Part shown: piece after piece, positions 1-14,592 of the stretch
How the letters are laid out: each line of letters begins with the position of its first letter
Numbering within the stretch: the first letter of the stretch is position 1
NCBI GenBank assembly: GCA_002245135.1
Contig: NGBS01000591.1
Location: 124,001 to 188,000, forward strand
Reading direction: 5' to 3'
From: Proteromonas lacertae
Taxonomy: Eukaryota
DNA: 64,000 nucleotides
Position numbers and translations under genes: made by a program
The notes under the pieces: generated by a model
The model's database searches: none
Told to the model about the DNA's origin: nothing
The model's input: only the letters and a program-made list of their open reading frames with translations

Positions 1-1479
1 GATCGTTTTGTAGAGCATTCAAAAACACTCAGAAGCATTGATTACTTAAAGTCACAATTGAAAGGAGAAACAAAATCTACAGTTATATCTCAATTAATCA
101 AATTCTTTGCCTTTGCGTTAAGATATATTCCAATACCATTTTTATTTTATTTTTTCTACGGAAAAAATCTAATTGAATTACCAGTCCAATGGTGTTACGG
201 TTTAAGGTTTTTCTTGTCATCTCCAGGATGTAGAATTGGATTTGTTGGTATTAGTTTCTGGTTTATGTCCTGTAAGTATGTCACAAGCTTATATAAGTAA
301 ATTATAATTCTTTATTGTTTTTTATGCCAAAATCAAAAAGAGATTTAATAAAAGTTAGAATATTCTATATTCATATTACTTTATCAATATTAAAATTAAA
401 TGTATAAATAATTTACATATTTTGACGTGCTAAGAAGTATAGGTAAAATGGTGCATCGCTGTTACATAATATACAACCATTACAGTGAGATCTATGCAAC
501 TCAACAACTTTTACTATAAAATTACAATATCTACAGTCCACAGCTATAGATAAAATTAATAAAGACATTTATACTAGGAGTTTGACAATATCTAAAATGG
601 CAAAACAGATCTTGGAATGCTTTACATAGACGAGTATTAGGCTGTCTATTATCTAATGCTTTTTTCAATACACATAATATGAAATGGTGGTTTGTTCTAG
701 CTATGGCACAGAGAGAAGTGAATAAATGAGTTGGGATATGGTTCTATTGAAAATATAAGTAAATAATTATTATACAAGACTACCAGCTGGACAAGGAATG
801 ACTAGCTCGAGAGTAGAGTTCTTCAATGAAGATATATTTGTCTCTGGACTAATTATATGAACGCCGTTAGTTAAATAAAAGACATCAGTAGGGATATTTG
901 TACTTCTACTTATTGTTTCTTTCAACGAAATATATGAATCTATTTCTTTAATTGTATAAGCTTGTATCTAGTCATTATAATCAGTAGAATAGTGTATACA
1001 TTACCATAAGATTTAATAAAAATAGACATAACTCTTGTAGATGACTAAATCAAGGCAAAGAAACAATAGAATAAAAACAATTAAAGTTTGACTCAGATCG
1101 TGAAACAAAAATGACGAATCAGCTTTAATTTGATTTACCTTTTGTTTGATGTGATTTTTAATTGTGTAGAACTCATTATTTTTATGCTTCAATATACTAT
1201 AATGTAATTAAACAATTTATGTTGATGTAAATGAATATCTTTCTTGCTGTTATTAAGACATATCAATAGTAGAATGGAAATAAATTAAAGCAGTATTCGG
1301 ATAGAATATTGATAATAAATAAAGAAAATTAGACTTCTTCGAATAAATCAAAACAGTGCCATGTACTCGTAATATACATGACTTGAATAATAGTTTGATA
1401 CTGTTTTCACACCTCAATATTTGCACTATGATGATGAATTTAATTAAAATAAATATAGTCGTTTTTTAGTTTTTTCGTT

Positions 1480-4429
1480 ATGAGTTTTTCAGATGATGAC
1501 TTTGACGATACATTCGTATATTCATTAATCCTAACTTCTTCATAGGGTGATGATACTGAAGGAAGAACTGAAGAAGAGACAAACAATAATAAATCAAGTT
1601 CTAAAGATAATGACACAGATGATTTTTTGAAAGATAATCCCAGTGAGATACAATTGAATGCAGAATACGCTAATATGGATCATAATCAACAAAATAATTC
1701 TACTGATCCTTCCACATCTGTAACTGACATTCCATCTCATTTATTGTCAGACAATTTTAATCAAAGTGATGTTAAAAATGAACCTTCTAACTCTAATCCT
1801 TTTTCAACCTCAGACGAGTTTGCTGAATCAAATAAAGAAAAATCTGATTTATCAAAACCATCACAACAAGATAATAACACTGAAGATGGCGAATTTGCTG
1901 ATGAGTCACAAACTCAATCCAATGCAACAGGAACAGAAAAGAGCAATACAGATGAGTTTGGAAGTAATGAGAATGAAAAGAAACAAGAAAGTAAAGAAGA
2001 AGGAGGTGATGAAGAGAATAATGAAGAAGATGAAGATGATGAGTTTATGGATGATACCTTTGCAGAAACTACAGTAAAAGCAGAAGAAAGTGCAGCAGTA
2101 GAAGGTGCGAAAGATGATGAGGAAGAAGAGGAAGAGCAAAATGAAGAAAAATCTTTTGAAGAACAACAACAACCATCTGAAGAACAACCTACAATAGCAA
2201 CAGAGGAAGAACAACCTACAATAGCAACAGAGGAAGAACAACCTACAGAAGAACCAACTGAAGAAACACCAGAGGAAGAAAACCAAGATGAAGAACAACA
2301 ACCTACAGCAGAAGTAGAAGACCAACTGAAGAACTACTACAGCTGAAGAAGTAGAAGAAGAGAATCAATCAGAAGGATTTGAAGGAGGTGGTGATGAAGA
2401 AGGTTTTGCTGATGATAATAATGATGATGTAGTAATGCCACCAGGTGAACCACCATTGAGTGATCGAGCTGCAGAAGAAGAAGAAGAAGGAGAAAAGGAG
2501 AAAAACATGAGGAGGAAGAAATAGAAAAAGAAGAACAACCGATGGATTTAGGATCATCAGTAATTGTACATCGTGAGGATAATGAAAATACAGATGAAAA
2601 GCCAAATGAAGAAGAAGTACAATCAGAAGTAAAAGAAGAAAAGAGTGAATTTGAAGATGATGGATTTGCAGATACTTTTGATCAAACAACCAAAACTCAA
2701 AGTGAAGAAGTAAAAGAGGAAGAAAATGAAGAATTTGTAGAGGAAAAAGAAGAACCAAAAGAAGAAGAAGAAGAAGTAAAAGAAGAAAATACAACTGAAA
2801 ATGAAGAGAAAGTGGAAGAGACAAAGGAAGAAGAAAAACCAGAAGAAGAAGATATTACTGATAATAAAGTTGAAGAAACAGTATCAACTCCAGAAGTTGT
2901 TGTTGTTGAAGAAAAAGTAGAAAAAGAAGAGGAAAATGAAAAGAAAGAAGAAATAGTCCAAGAAACAGTTGAAGAACAAAAGAATGGCAATGAAACAAAA
3001 GTAATTGATGAAAGAAAAGAAGAAGCTGAAAAAGAAAATGGAGATATTCAAAAAGAAGAAGAAGAGAATAATAATAATGCAATAGTTGAAGAACAGAAAT
3101 CATCTAACATTGAATCAAAAGAAAATCTAAAATCAATGAAAACTATAGAATCGAATGACACTATTCAAAAGAAAGATTCAAAGGAGATTCAAAAGAGTAA
3201 AGAGAATAAAAGTGTTGAAGATGAAAACAGTAAAACACTATCAGATGAAGGTATTCAAACTGATTTAGTAACATTTGAAGTTTCTGATAACCCATCTATT
3301 TATGAATCAAAATCTCAAAATATGAATAATGATTTAAATGAATCAGTAGAAGAACCACAACAATCAGGAAGGAACAATGAACAAGGTATGAATTTCTTTA
3401 AAGAATTAAGTGGCAAATATGATTTAAACAGTGAAGAGGAAGAAGAATATTATAATAGACAAAAGGGAAGGTATTATCCTTCTAGTGAACCATTATTTAC
3501 ACCTCCTCCACCTAAACCTCAGATTATTGATGAAATAAGAGGAGGAGTAGCTGTACAAAATCAATATGATAATGAAAGACCAAAACCAAAACCTAAACCA
3601 AAGAGTATATATAATTAATTATTTTCATTCTTTTTTAATTGTATTTAGAAGTTGGAAGATTAACTGAATATCAACAATTGGCTATAAGTGCAGAAATGGA
3701 TTCAGTGAATAAGAAAATAGAAATGTTATATCGTAAGAAGAATTTAACAGTATATTATAGTAATTATTATTATTTAATTAGTTAAATGATAAGAAATATC
3801 TTCAAGAACATATGTATCAAGAACAAAAGAAAAGATCATCGCCTACTTTTTATGATGTTTGTAAGAATTGTAATGAAAGAGAATCAGTGATAAAATGTGA
3901 AGAATGTCATTGTGATTTCTGCTATCTTTGTGATAATCTTTTACATGTAAATACAGCTTTTAATACTCATCATCGACAATATATTAAAGCAAATGGTAAA
4001 AGTTCAAGTGATGATAGATTGATGAAAGTTGTGTTTGTTAAACCAGATGAAGTAGTTGAAGTTAGAGATAATGATAATATGGAAATAACAACAAAAGCGT
4101 ATTATTTATATATTTTTTTTTATTTTTTTGAATAGTTATTTCTCACCTCCTGTATATAAACCAGCAGCAAGTGCAGTTCTATTTAAAAAGAAGCCAAGAG
4201 ATTTGTTGAAAAGAGAAAAAGGCTTTAAAACTGAATTTCCTATTTCTGAAGTGCCAAAGTATGATTTTTCATTGTTTTGTTTTATATTTTTAGGACATTT
4301 GATGAGTATTTACATCCAAAGAAGAAAATTACAAGAGAAGTAGTTATAGCACAGAGGAAAGAACAGTCATCTTCTAAATTTGCTAGAATTCATAAACTAC
4401 CAGCTAGACCAGCCACTGCTCCAAAGTAG
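1480..4429 (+). CDS. Acidic low-complexity protein with a C-terminal B-box-type zinc finger (multi-exon, apparent frameshifts near 2330-2540)
   Basis: ATG at 1480 (MSFSDDDFDDTF), 30-nt GT-AG intron 1516-1545, E/D-rich ORFs 1627-3618, B-box pattern CKNCNER...CEECHCDFCYLCDNLLH...HHR in ORF 3812-4135, stop TAG 4427-4429. Confidence 0.7.
1516..1545 (+). other. Representative 30-nt spliceosomal intron
   Basis: GTATATTCATTAATCCTAACTTCTTCATAG; removal joins DDTF to GDDTEG in frame. Confidence 0.85.
2179..2247 (+). repeat. 27-bp coding tandem repeat (EEQPTIATE x2 plus a partial copy)
   Basis: GAAGAACAACCTACAATAGCAACAGAG at 2179 and 2206, partial copy from 2233. Confidence 0.85.
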
Positions 4430-4620
4430 TTGTATTATTTAATACATATTTATTATTTATTTGATGTTTGTATGAGTAAAGAATGTCATAATTTACAATA
4501 ATAATCATCTGCATAGTAAAAAACATTGTATATCATTCATGTTCATTCGCAATACAAATACTACACACCAAATACAACAAAAAATATATCTAAATTAAAT
4601 AATTATTACTAATTTGCTAT

Positions 4621-7600
4621 TTATCCCCAATGATGAATATTGCCCAACTCAAAAAATCCAAAAGGTTGAGTTGAGAAGTTTATTGACATATCATTATCAA
4701 CATCTATAACAAATATAACTAATTATCTATACCAGCACCATCAGCCACTTTCTTTGAACAAAACAAACGGAATTTCTGACATTGAGTCCATATATTTGTT
4801 CTTTTTACGCCATTTACTATTTCTGGACATATTTCTAAAAATAGCATATTTCCTATTTCCAAACTAACAATAAATTAGAATTAATATATATATATATATA
4901 ATAAATACTCTGTCAATTTAACTGTAACAATAGCTACATTCTCACTAGCATTTCTCTTACCTTCTTTTATAGTAAAATATCATTAAGAAAATCATAAAAA
5001 CAATTAAAAAGATATATTTCTGTATCAAAAACATCATTTGATTTTTGATTTACTAACCTCCATTTAAACGACATTGGTCCTTCATCACTAAATACAGAAC
5101 AACCCCAACTAGCTTCTATCTCACCTTTATACTATAATAATAAATAAATAAATAGAAGAATAACAATATACACCAATATAAACTTGTCTATGTCTCAAAT
5201 ATGTATCTTTATATGGAATTGATGTAATATCATCATCACTATATAACATCATACAATCTTCTCTCTAATTCACAATATAAATATGAATATAATGTATACT
5301 GTATCAATGAATAATTGCACTTCTTTAATATATATATCTTGTGTAGGAATACAATAACCATGTCCATTACCAACTACATCACAAGCTTTTGCCCAAATCT
5401 ATTAATACAATACAATAATAATTAAATATACTTCTAAACTATCACCTAATTTCCATTTTTCACTCAATACTAAGAATTCTCTATATTCATTTGGATTTGG
5501 AGGTTTGTTTGGATCTTTTAAACCTTCTGCAAATGTTCCTTTCTTTATTTCTTCTCTCAATTGTCCTCCACCTATTTCATAGATCAATGTATCATCATCA
5601 TCATCATCATCATATGGATATTCACTATCTACTGTTCTTGTTCTAGAAACTGCTGTTATTTCACTGCCATTACTTCTCTCATATTTATATTTATCATAAT
5701 TCCTTACTCTCTTTCTCATTACAGCCCATGCAAATTTATCATGTCCTTCTTCAATTTTACATTGAAATTGACATCTTATAATTATATTATTTTCACTAAT
5801 AACACCTCTTGGCCATTCATTCATTGTAAAATCAAATAATAAAACATATCCATCACCTTGACCTGAAGCAGGCACTTTCTTTTCATCTGTTGATTCTGCT
5901 AATGGTATTAAACCAGGAATCTATTTAATAATAATTATTATTATTATCACAATATACTTCAGATGAGTTTAATCTTTTATTCTTCTCTATTATATTTATC
6001 AATCTTCTTTTTAATTCAATTTTTATATCACCAATTTCTCCAATTGAATATAATACTCTATTCTCTTTCAACATACTATATAACACTTCATATCCTTTCT
6101 AATAAAGTATATATATATATATTAAGTAAATTATACATCATCAATGTTATTATAACTTAAATCAATATTCACTACTGTTCTATTACTTCTTTTCAATACA
6201 TCACTAATAAGAAACACACCTGCATTCTGTATATCATTTGATGATAAATTCAAACTAATTAATCGTATTATTATTCTCTAATAAATCAGCTATATATTGT
6301 GCTCCTATTATCCCTATGCTATTGTTACTAATATTTAGTGATATTAACTGATGATATGGTGGTCTTTTATATAAATATACACTTCTCGTTTCTCTCCTAT
6401 TCAAAATAAATATTACAATATATATTATATTTATACTTTATTATTGGTCTTTTTTGATCCTTTTTTAATGCTTCACATAATACTTTCAATGTAGAAGGAC
6501 CCATCTATAAAATAATAATAATAATCAATAATTATACAAAACTATATGATAAATCCAAATGCTGTAAATATGTCAAAGTCAATGAAGCAATCATTTCCAT
6601 TGTTTTTCTTGTTAAATATTCTCCTGTTAATCCAAGTGATATTATATTAGAACCAACTTTAAACATTGACAGAAAATCATTCGCATTAGATGGAACATTT
6701 ACTGCTACAACATGACCTTCAGTTTTTCTTTTAACTTCTCTATTTTAATAAAAATAATAATCAATTAAATATTTTATACTTTGAGGATAATGATATTATT
6801 AAAGTCTGCTAAATTAGTATTTCTTTCTAATGCTTTTTTCAATACTTTTCCACAATCATTAAGTTTACTAAAAGGATTATCACTCATATTAATAGATCTT
6901 AATGAATTATTATCATGTAAAGAACGGCATATTATGTATAAACCTCTAGATTCAAAGAAATTAGTTGGAAATATCAATATGTTCTAACTTTGGTGAAGTT
7001 CTAATCAATACAGATAATGGATCTGCTACTAAATCACCTAATTCACAATGCTTTAAAATCACACTTTTTACATTTGGTAATAGTTTGACTTCTTTAGATA
7101 GTCGTTTCATCACTGTAACGGATAATTTGCTATAACTCAAATCTAAAACAGACAAATCACCAAACATTCTTTTCACTCTTCTTACATTTGATACTTTAAT
7201 TAAATCTAATGATTGTCTTCTAGATATTGGAATATGTGGCTTTAATACTGGAGTTGATTTTTGATCAGATAATATTGTTGCTATAATAATAATAACAATA
7301 ATAAAAAATAACAAATGTAATATATACAACTACTAATAATAGATTTGGCTTGTTCCAATTCATATTTTGCTTGTTCTAACTCTTTCTCTTTTTCTACTAA
7401 TTTTATTTTCAATGTTTCTTTAGTTGTTTCTAACAAATCACTCATTGCATCTTGTAATGGAACTTCAACTTCTACAAATTTCTGTTTCTTTCGTTCTTCT
7501 TAATCTTGTGGGAGTTTTTGATCTTAACATTGAATCTTTAGGTAATTTTACATCTGTTTTTGTAATTGTCATATTACTATTATATTATATCTTTATTTAT

Positions 7601-8103
7601 AATTATACGGTATATCAATATTTGGTTTATTATCATTCTTCTTTTGATGTAAATAAGTTTTCATTGTTAATGGACCATATTCTTCATCTCCTTCTTCACT
7701 CACTGCCATAGAGTCAGATGTATTGGGATATAGACTATTTCTTATTCTTGATTGCTGATTGTTAAACATTGTGTCTTTTGAAAATGTAACTGACTTTGAT
7801 CTTTGTTGTGAAGATGGCATATTATTTGTTTCATACTCTTGTGGAACAGTTATATCATGTTTAGGATTATCATTAAAGGGATCTTCTTCATTGAGTATTT
7901 GATTTAACTCACGTTCTGCTTCTTCATCTTCATCTTCCGTATTTTCTTCTTTATATTGATCCACTGGTATAGCGTATTTAATCCTCGCTCTCTTTATAGT
8001 CTTCATCTGTTTCATCTCTTATATAAGCACTATTTATCAAAAATATAATTGTATTATACTCTTCAATATTTCCATTTAACAAATTATCTATATAATCATC
8101 CAT
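4621..8103 (-). CDS. Multi-exon leucine-rich-repeat (RNI-like) protein with an unassigned C-terminal region
   Basis: ATG 8103 (MDDYIDNLL); LRR patterns LSVLDLSYSKL, VKSVILKHCEL, LRSINMSDNPF; ORFs 7593-8015, 6961-7329, 6774-6977 and 5402-5875 linked by short introns; stop 4621-4623. Confidence 0.6.
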
Positions 8104-8438
8104 CTTGTTAGTGAGATAGAATTTCAAAAAGATCAAACAAAGCTTGACTGATTTTTCTTTGTTTTTGAGACAAGTAGGACTTCAAAATATTCTCAAATTC
8201 ACACAATTACATGTTCTCATTACAATTTATATGTTAATAAATTTAAAATAAATATATCAAATATTAAGTGAATAAGAAGCAGTATGACTTTCAAAATAAG
8301 TAAAATTATAAACATATTAGTCTTTATCATAAACACACTACTATTATGTACTAAATATATCTCCTTATTAAAATAAATCATTTTGAAATATTGAAACGAA
8401 TCTATTTTTATAATAAAAACTTTACGTTGGTTAACTTC

Positions 8439-9714
8439 ATGAAAAGGCTCTATTTAGTTGCTGATTAGTATATGCATAGTATTGTGTTGTGAAAACTATT
8501 GTAATGGACACGGAAAATGTGGATCACAAGATAAATGCGAGTGTTATTTGGGATGGGGCAGTGGTGATTGTTCTCAAAGTATATATTCAATATCAATAAA
8601 ATAGGATCATGTCCATACGGTGAAGCTTTTGTTGATTCAGCTTTAGGTGATCTAAATAAAGATGGTTTGATTGATGACACAAGTGTATTAAACGAATGGA
8701 GACCTGTGGTTGGTGTTCCAGAAAATTTAAAAGGATATGCTACAAAAAGTAGATTACACAGATATGCTGAATGTTCAAACGCTGGTTTGTGTAATAGAGA
8801 AGAAGGTGTTTGTGAATGTTTTGCTGGCTTTGAAGGATCAGCTTGCCAACGTCATTCTTGTCCTTCTGCCAATTCTGAAATTTGTAGTGGAAATGGAATG
8901 TGTTTGCCAAGTACTTTACTAGTTGAAATGAATAATCAACCAAAGAGTTGGGAGTATGATAAATTCCCAGTATGTAAATGTGATATTGGATGGAGTGGTA
9001 TTGATTGTAGTAGAAGAGATTGTCCAAAAGGTTTTGATCCAGTTCATGAAGAGATTAGATTATTCATTAACCTTTGGTTTATTTGGTGAAGAAAAACCAC
9101 AAACCACAGGAATATATATTACTCCACATTATCATTTTAATATTATTTATGATCATATGAAATACACTACTATTACTTTAATACCTCGTGATATTTCACA
9201 ATGTTATCCTGAAGCAGGTGAATTAGATCCAGGTTTTCTAGCTGAAATATCTGAAGAAATTAAAAGAGCTATTCATATTGTTCCTGATTTCACACAAACT
9301 ACTGTTAAAGCTGTATGTGGTGCTTTTGATAGAACAACTGGCAAAAAATTGCCAGAACCTACAAATGATAATAAAATTGTTAAAGGAATAATTGTCACAA
9401 TTAGCTTAAAATATACAGATTATGAAAGATTCTTTAAAAATGGATTTCAATTCACAGTTCATTCAGAAGAAAAACTTTCAGATAATTATATACTTAAAGA
9501 AGATGAAATTGATCCTTTATTAAAAGAAAAAGTTGATTTAACAACACTTATTTCAAATAGTCAAGAATATAAAGTAGATGGCGCAAAAATAGAAGAAAAG
9601 TATTTAGATGAATGTAGTAAAAGAGGTATTTGTCAGACTGATACTGGATTGTGTAAATGTTTTGATGGTTATTCAGGAACAGCTTGTGAAAATCAAAGAT
9701 CAATCGCATTATAA
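8439..9714 (+). CDS. Tubular mastigoneme protein (Sig1/Ocm1-like EGF-repeat protein) with a signal peptide
   Basis: MKRLYLV-LISICIVLCCENYCNGHGKC...DCSQRSCPYGEAFVD (26-nt intron 8579-8604), ECSNAGLCNREEGVCECFAGFEGSACQR, CKCDIGWSGIDCSRRDCPKGFDP, C-terminal ECSKRGICQTDTGLCKCFDGYSGTACENQ; two 1-nt frameshifts. Confidence 0.8.
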
Positions 9715-9803
9715 TTTATTTCTATTATTATTATTAAATTGTGTTGAATATTGTTGTTAAGAGATAAAATAACATTTATAATCAATAATTAATAATAATA
9801 AAA

Positions 9804-11845
9804 TTAATTACTACAATTCTTAAATAGCCATTCAGCCAAATAATCAACTGGATCTTCTGGTTTTACTTTCACTACCTCCAACATTCCTTCGCACAATTTA
9901 GGTATTACATTCTCCATCAAATAATTTCTTAAAGGTTTTGATCTAGCTTCTAATAAAGCAGTTTCTTGTTTCATTATTTCATCTAATCTGTTTTTCTATA
10001 CAAATAAATATAATTATAATAATATACATGTTCATTTTCTAATTTCTCTCTTTCAATTCTTTCTTCTTCTTCTTTTCTTTCTTCATCTTCTTTCTCAGCT
10101 TGTAATTTATCATCAATCTCTTTCTGTTCTTGTTCTTTCTTCTGTTGTATTTCTTCAGGTGTTGGATGGTAATTATATGGAACTCCCTTTTCATCAATAA
10201 ATGTACAAATATGTAACATCGCTTCTTCTACAGGAATAGATACTTTCACTGGCATAATCTCCATCTTACAAGTAACTTCAAAATAGGTAAAAGTTGTATT
10301 ATCTAATTTAGGAGCATGATCATTTCTATATTTCTTTATTCTTCTCTTAAATCCAGCTTCATTATTATGAGTACCTTCTACTTCCTCTTGTGGCATAGCT
10401 AATACTCTTTTTTGTAAGAATTTATCTTCTTCATTTAAATACATCACTGAAGCTGGTTTTAATCTCATATTTACTTCAGGTAATTCTTCACTATTCATTG
10501 GCTCTGATCCATCATTTTCTTCTTCATCACCTGCTCCTTCTTCATCTTCTGATTTATTGAATAATCCTTGTGCTTCTTCGAAGGTTCTAGGATAACCATC
10601 TAATATATAACCTTTATTTCTAATTTCTGGAGATTGTAAATATCGTTTCATTATTTTTGATAATACTTCTACGGGATATCTTTTATCTTTAGCTTCTTCC
10701 ATACTTGAATTCATTTCTTCTAACAAATCAGCATCTAATTTAGCATATTCAATAGCTTTAGTAATAGTAGCTACAGGTAAATAATATTTCTCTGATAATA
10801 ACTTTGCATAATATGATTTACCAGCTGCTGGTGGTCCTAATAAAACAGCTCTTACTGGATGTAGTTTATGAGCATTAATAAACTCTCTGCTTACAATACC
10901 AATATGTTCCACTATACCATTCTCAGCTATCCACTCTATTGTTAAATTAGCTGCTGTATATTCCTCAGTTGAGAATTCTAAATTGAGTTGTAATGTTGCA
11001 GCAATTCCATCATATTTCAACATATTCTCTTTTGCTTCTTCATCTGACCATTCTCTGAGTTTACCAATACCCAATCGTTTACTAATTGCTTCACAGATAT
11101 CGTGTAATGTGTTTTTACCTTTATCTACACCTAATACGTATTTACTTTCTGGTTTTTCATTGTGACAAGCTTGAACTAATTGTGCCATATCCTTTATATG
11201 TATTGTGGGTAATTTATTGGATCCTGTCTTACCGGCGTAACATGGTACACCTACACCATCTGGAGTACATAACCATGCCTCTTTGAATAATTCATTAAAG
11301 TAATTTTCACCTAAACCGTAGAAAACTCCACATCCAATTACATAGCATGATAATACATCTGTATTGGCACTAAGTATTTGTGTTTCTAATGTCTTTACTG
11401 GTATGAACTGAGGATGTGGGTCTCTAGATCGGAAATTCTCTTCTGTTAATGGATTTTCTTCATCAAATTTAGTTCTAGCCCAAGTAAGCACTGTTGAAAT
11501 AGCCACAAAAGAGGATTCGTTAGTTTTAAGACGACACTCTATTTCAATATAATTTACAATAATTATACCTCTTAATAATTTGTGAACATCATTTAAATTG
11601 CCAAATAAGTGACAGATAACTAAATCACTCTTCTTTAATGCTTTTCGTAATTGCTCTTCATCTCTCATCTATTAAAATAGCATAATCAAAGTATTGCAAT
11701 ATACATCTACTATTCTCTTTTTATTCTTTGGTTCTGGTGATCCTTCAACCCAAGTTCCAACCATTCTATTCTCTTCATCAGCTGAAAACAATTCAACGAG
11801 AGCTTGACCTATATAGGAGGTGATATCGTATATAAATATTTTCAT
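9804..11845 (-). CDS. AK7: Adenylate kinase 7 (axonemal type; NAD(P)-binding-like domain, AK domain, Dpy-30 motif)
   Basis: LPTIHIKD motif, P-loop [19 protein letters not shown]-terminal [17 protein letters not shown] 11845, stop 9804. Confidence 0.9.
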
Positions 11846-12001
11846 TAGGATTATATATTCAAAAAAATAAAAAAGAAACGATTTATTTGGCTTGACTCTT
11901 TTAAATCAGAAAACCGATATTTTTTTCTCATTTGTGAATAACTCAACTATTATCGATTTCCAAAGATCACATTATATACAAAATAAATATTGTTGTTATT
12001 T

Positions 12002-12607
12002 TTAATTTAAATTATTTTCTAGTTCAGAAAAACTCTCAACAGATTTCATTATACTGTTATATAACTCTTCTATTGATTCTTCCAATGATTTTATTTCCTT
12101 TTCTTCCTATTATAGTTATAATAATTGGCTTATATATACAATATCAATTTTTTCTTCATATTTTTTATGTATTTCTTTTTTCTCTTTTATTCTTTCTTCT
12201 TCATTTAATATTTCGTTTATTTTATATCCATTTGCATCTGTAGTTTTGCATTCCAAAGTAGATTTTAAATCCTCTAATTCTTCTAATTTTTGTTTAATGT
12301 TTCTTTCTTTCATAATTGCATCAAATTCACACTATCGTAAAATATTATAAATAGTTAGATATACATTAATATCATGTTTTAATCCGTTAATGAAACGATT
12401 AGATTCAAAATCAATTAACCCTTGATTATCGACATCATTTTCTCTGTCTAATAGGAATGAATATTGTTCTTTAATTATTTGTTTACTATTTAGCACTGAT
12501 AAAACACCTTCTAATATATTTCTAAAACTCTATGAGATAATAACAATATAAATAAATGATACAATTTTTAAATAGTAAAATGTTTCACATGAATCTTCTT
12601 CTTCCAT
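12002..12607 (-). CDS. Small coiled-coil protein, possibly the Nnf1/PMF1 subunit of the MIS12 kinetochore complex
   Basis: Spliced reading MEEEDSCETFYYLKI...CEFDAIMKERNIKQKLEELEDL resembles the Nnf1 EFxxIxxERNxxxKLxELD segment; several short introns. Confidence 0.45.
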
Positions 12608-12688
12608 AGTATTAGTTGACTACTATGTCTAATTATCAAAATGAAATTTGAATTTAAAAAGAATTTGTCAAGCTTTTCTTCCCTCCAA

Positions 12689-14569
12689 ATGTATTTTTTG
12701 AAAGCGCCAAGCGGTGAAAAGTATTTATCTTGATAGTTTTATATTATAGAACACCGATTAAACCTGGTATATTAAAGGTTGGGCGAAAACGTATACATTA
12801 TGCGATTTACTTTAGAATGCGATATTTTACTTCAATCTACAGCATCTTCGCGGTTTCATGCAGAAATAGTCTTAAATATTAAAGAAAATTACGATATACA
12901 CAATCTTGAAGATATTTCTATAGAAGTTAACTTAAAAGATCATTCAAAAACAGGAACATTTGTAAACAACACAAGTAAAAATAATTGTAATATATATATA
13001 TATATAGAAATACCTACAAATGAACCAACAAGAATAAAATCCGGAGATAAAATCATATTTGGAGATCCACAATACATATACACATTAGAATATGAACCAA
13101 TAATTGTAACACTCTCTCGAATGAATAAAACAGAAAAACAAAAAGTAGAAAAAGTAATTAAGTCACTAGGTGGTTATGTATGTAAGAATTGGGATGAAAG
13201 ATGTAAATATGTCATAGTAAACAACGATTGTGAATGTATATATCAATATAATTAATATAATTTAGTAACATTAAAAGTAGTATGGGGTTGTATATATGAA
13301 TTACCAATTATAACTTCAGAATATTTTAACCAGTTATTAAATGGAGATAAAGATATTGATATTTATAAATACATGCCAACAATGGAAGGTAATGCAAATA
13401 TTCCAGATTTACATCCAATGACATGTCGAAGAAAAACTTTTGAAAATAAAACGATTATATTTTTGAGACAATCTCAATATGAAAAAATGCCATCTAAATG
13501 TGGTGGGAATGAGATTAAGTTATATAATATGAATAAAGAAGAAATAAAATCATTTGATTGGTTAAAATATTCAATAGCATATATCGTTATCCCATCATCC
13601 AATGATCTAAGTGATAATGAAAACGAATATATTGAGATAATACAATCAAAGAATAAGAATGTATATAGAATGGAAGAAACATCAATTCCTACTTATATAA
13701 TATATCCTAATCTACCAATGCCATCTCAATTAACACAACAATCTCAAATTAATAATCATAACAATGAAGATATAAGTTATACAATACCAGATACACAAAT
13801 AAATAAGAATGATATAGAGAAACAAGTATCGTCTATTGAATTTAATGAACCAAAACCATTATCAAAACTAAAGAAGAAGAATAATAACAAAAACAACAAC
13901 AGCAAGAGAAAACGTGAAGAAGAAGAAATAGAAAAAGAGAATAATGAACCAGAAAAGAAGAGAATGAAAATGAATAAATTACAACAATTATATGGAAATG
14001 ATAATTCTAGTGATATTGAAGATGATATTAATATTAATAATAATAATAATAATAGTTCAACTAGATTAAGTATATTACAAATGGATGATGATGAGGAGGA
14101 GGATAATAATAATAATTATAGCAATGAAAGTGGTTATAGTAGTAATTCAATATCAAAGAAGAGAGTTGATCCATTTAGTTTACCATTAACCAATAAGAAA
14201 AGAAAAACGAAAAATACATTTATTGATGATGATTTTAAACAACAACAACAACAATCTAATAATAATAATAATATAAAAGAAGTAAGGAAGAAAGCAATAA
14301 AAATAACTACCAATAATGCTAATAATTCAGAAGAATCTGAATCAACATCATTATCATTACCTTCTGATAAAATCAATGAAATGCATAAAATAAGAAAAGT
14401 AACAGTGAATGAAAGTGATAAACAACTATCAGAAGATGGAAATGTTAATGTAATTATTATGCCTATGATTAATATGAGTATAAAACCACTAGGAAAACAG
14501 TTTATTAAGAAACTAAAGAATAATTCTGTATCTAAAACAAAATTAACTGCATATACTCTAAATGATTGA
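12689..14569 (+). CDS. NBS1: Nibrin/NBS1-like protein (FHA, tandem BRCT, low-complexity tail)
   Basis: ATG 12689; introns 12721-12749 and 12791-12815 give FHA GRKQCDILLQSTASSRFHA...DHSKTGTFVN; BRCT IKSLGGYV, RRKTFENKTIIF; C-terminal GKQFIKK resembles the Mre11-binding motif. Confidence 0.8.
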
Positions 14570-14592
14570 ATTAAATTATTCTTATTTATTTT

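Noticed and set aside
1..1479. Possible gene or decayed element in the unusually long gene-free start of the window, including ORF 58-300
   Set aside because: Intron-like and coding-like patches occur on the minus strand, but I could not build a coherent frame or recognise a domain
2179..2247. CRISPR-like direct repeats
   Set aside because: Adjacent 27-bp coding repeats with no spacers, in a eukaryotic gene, and no cas genes
1766..3103. Overlapping and antisense ORFs rich in F/L/S or K/M, here and opposite the surface-protein and giant AAA genes
   Set aside because: They are shadows of low-complexity or codon-biased coding sequence in another frame or strand
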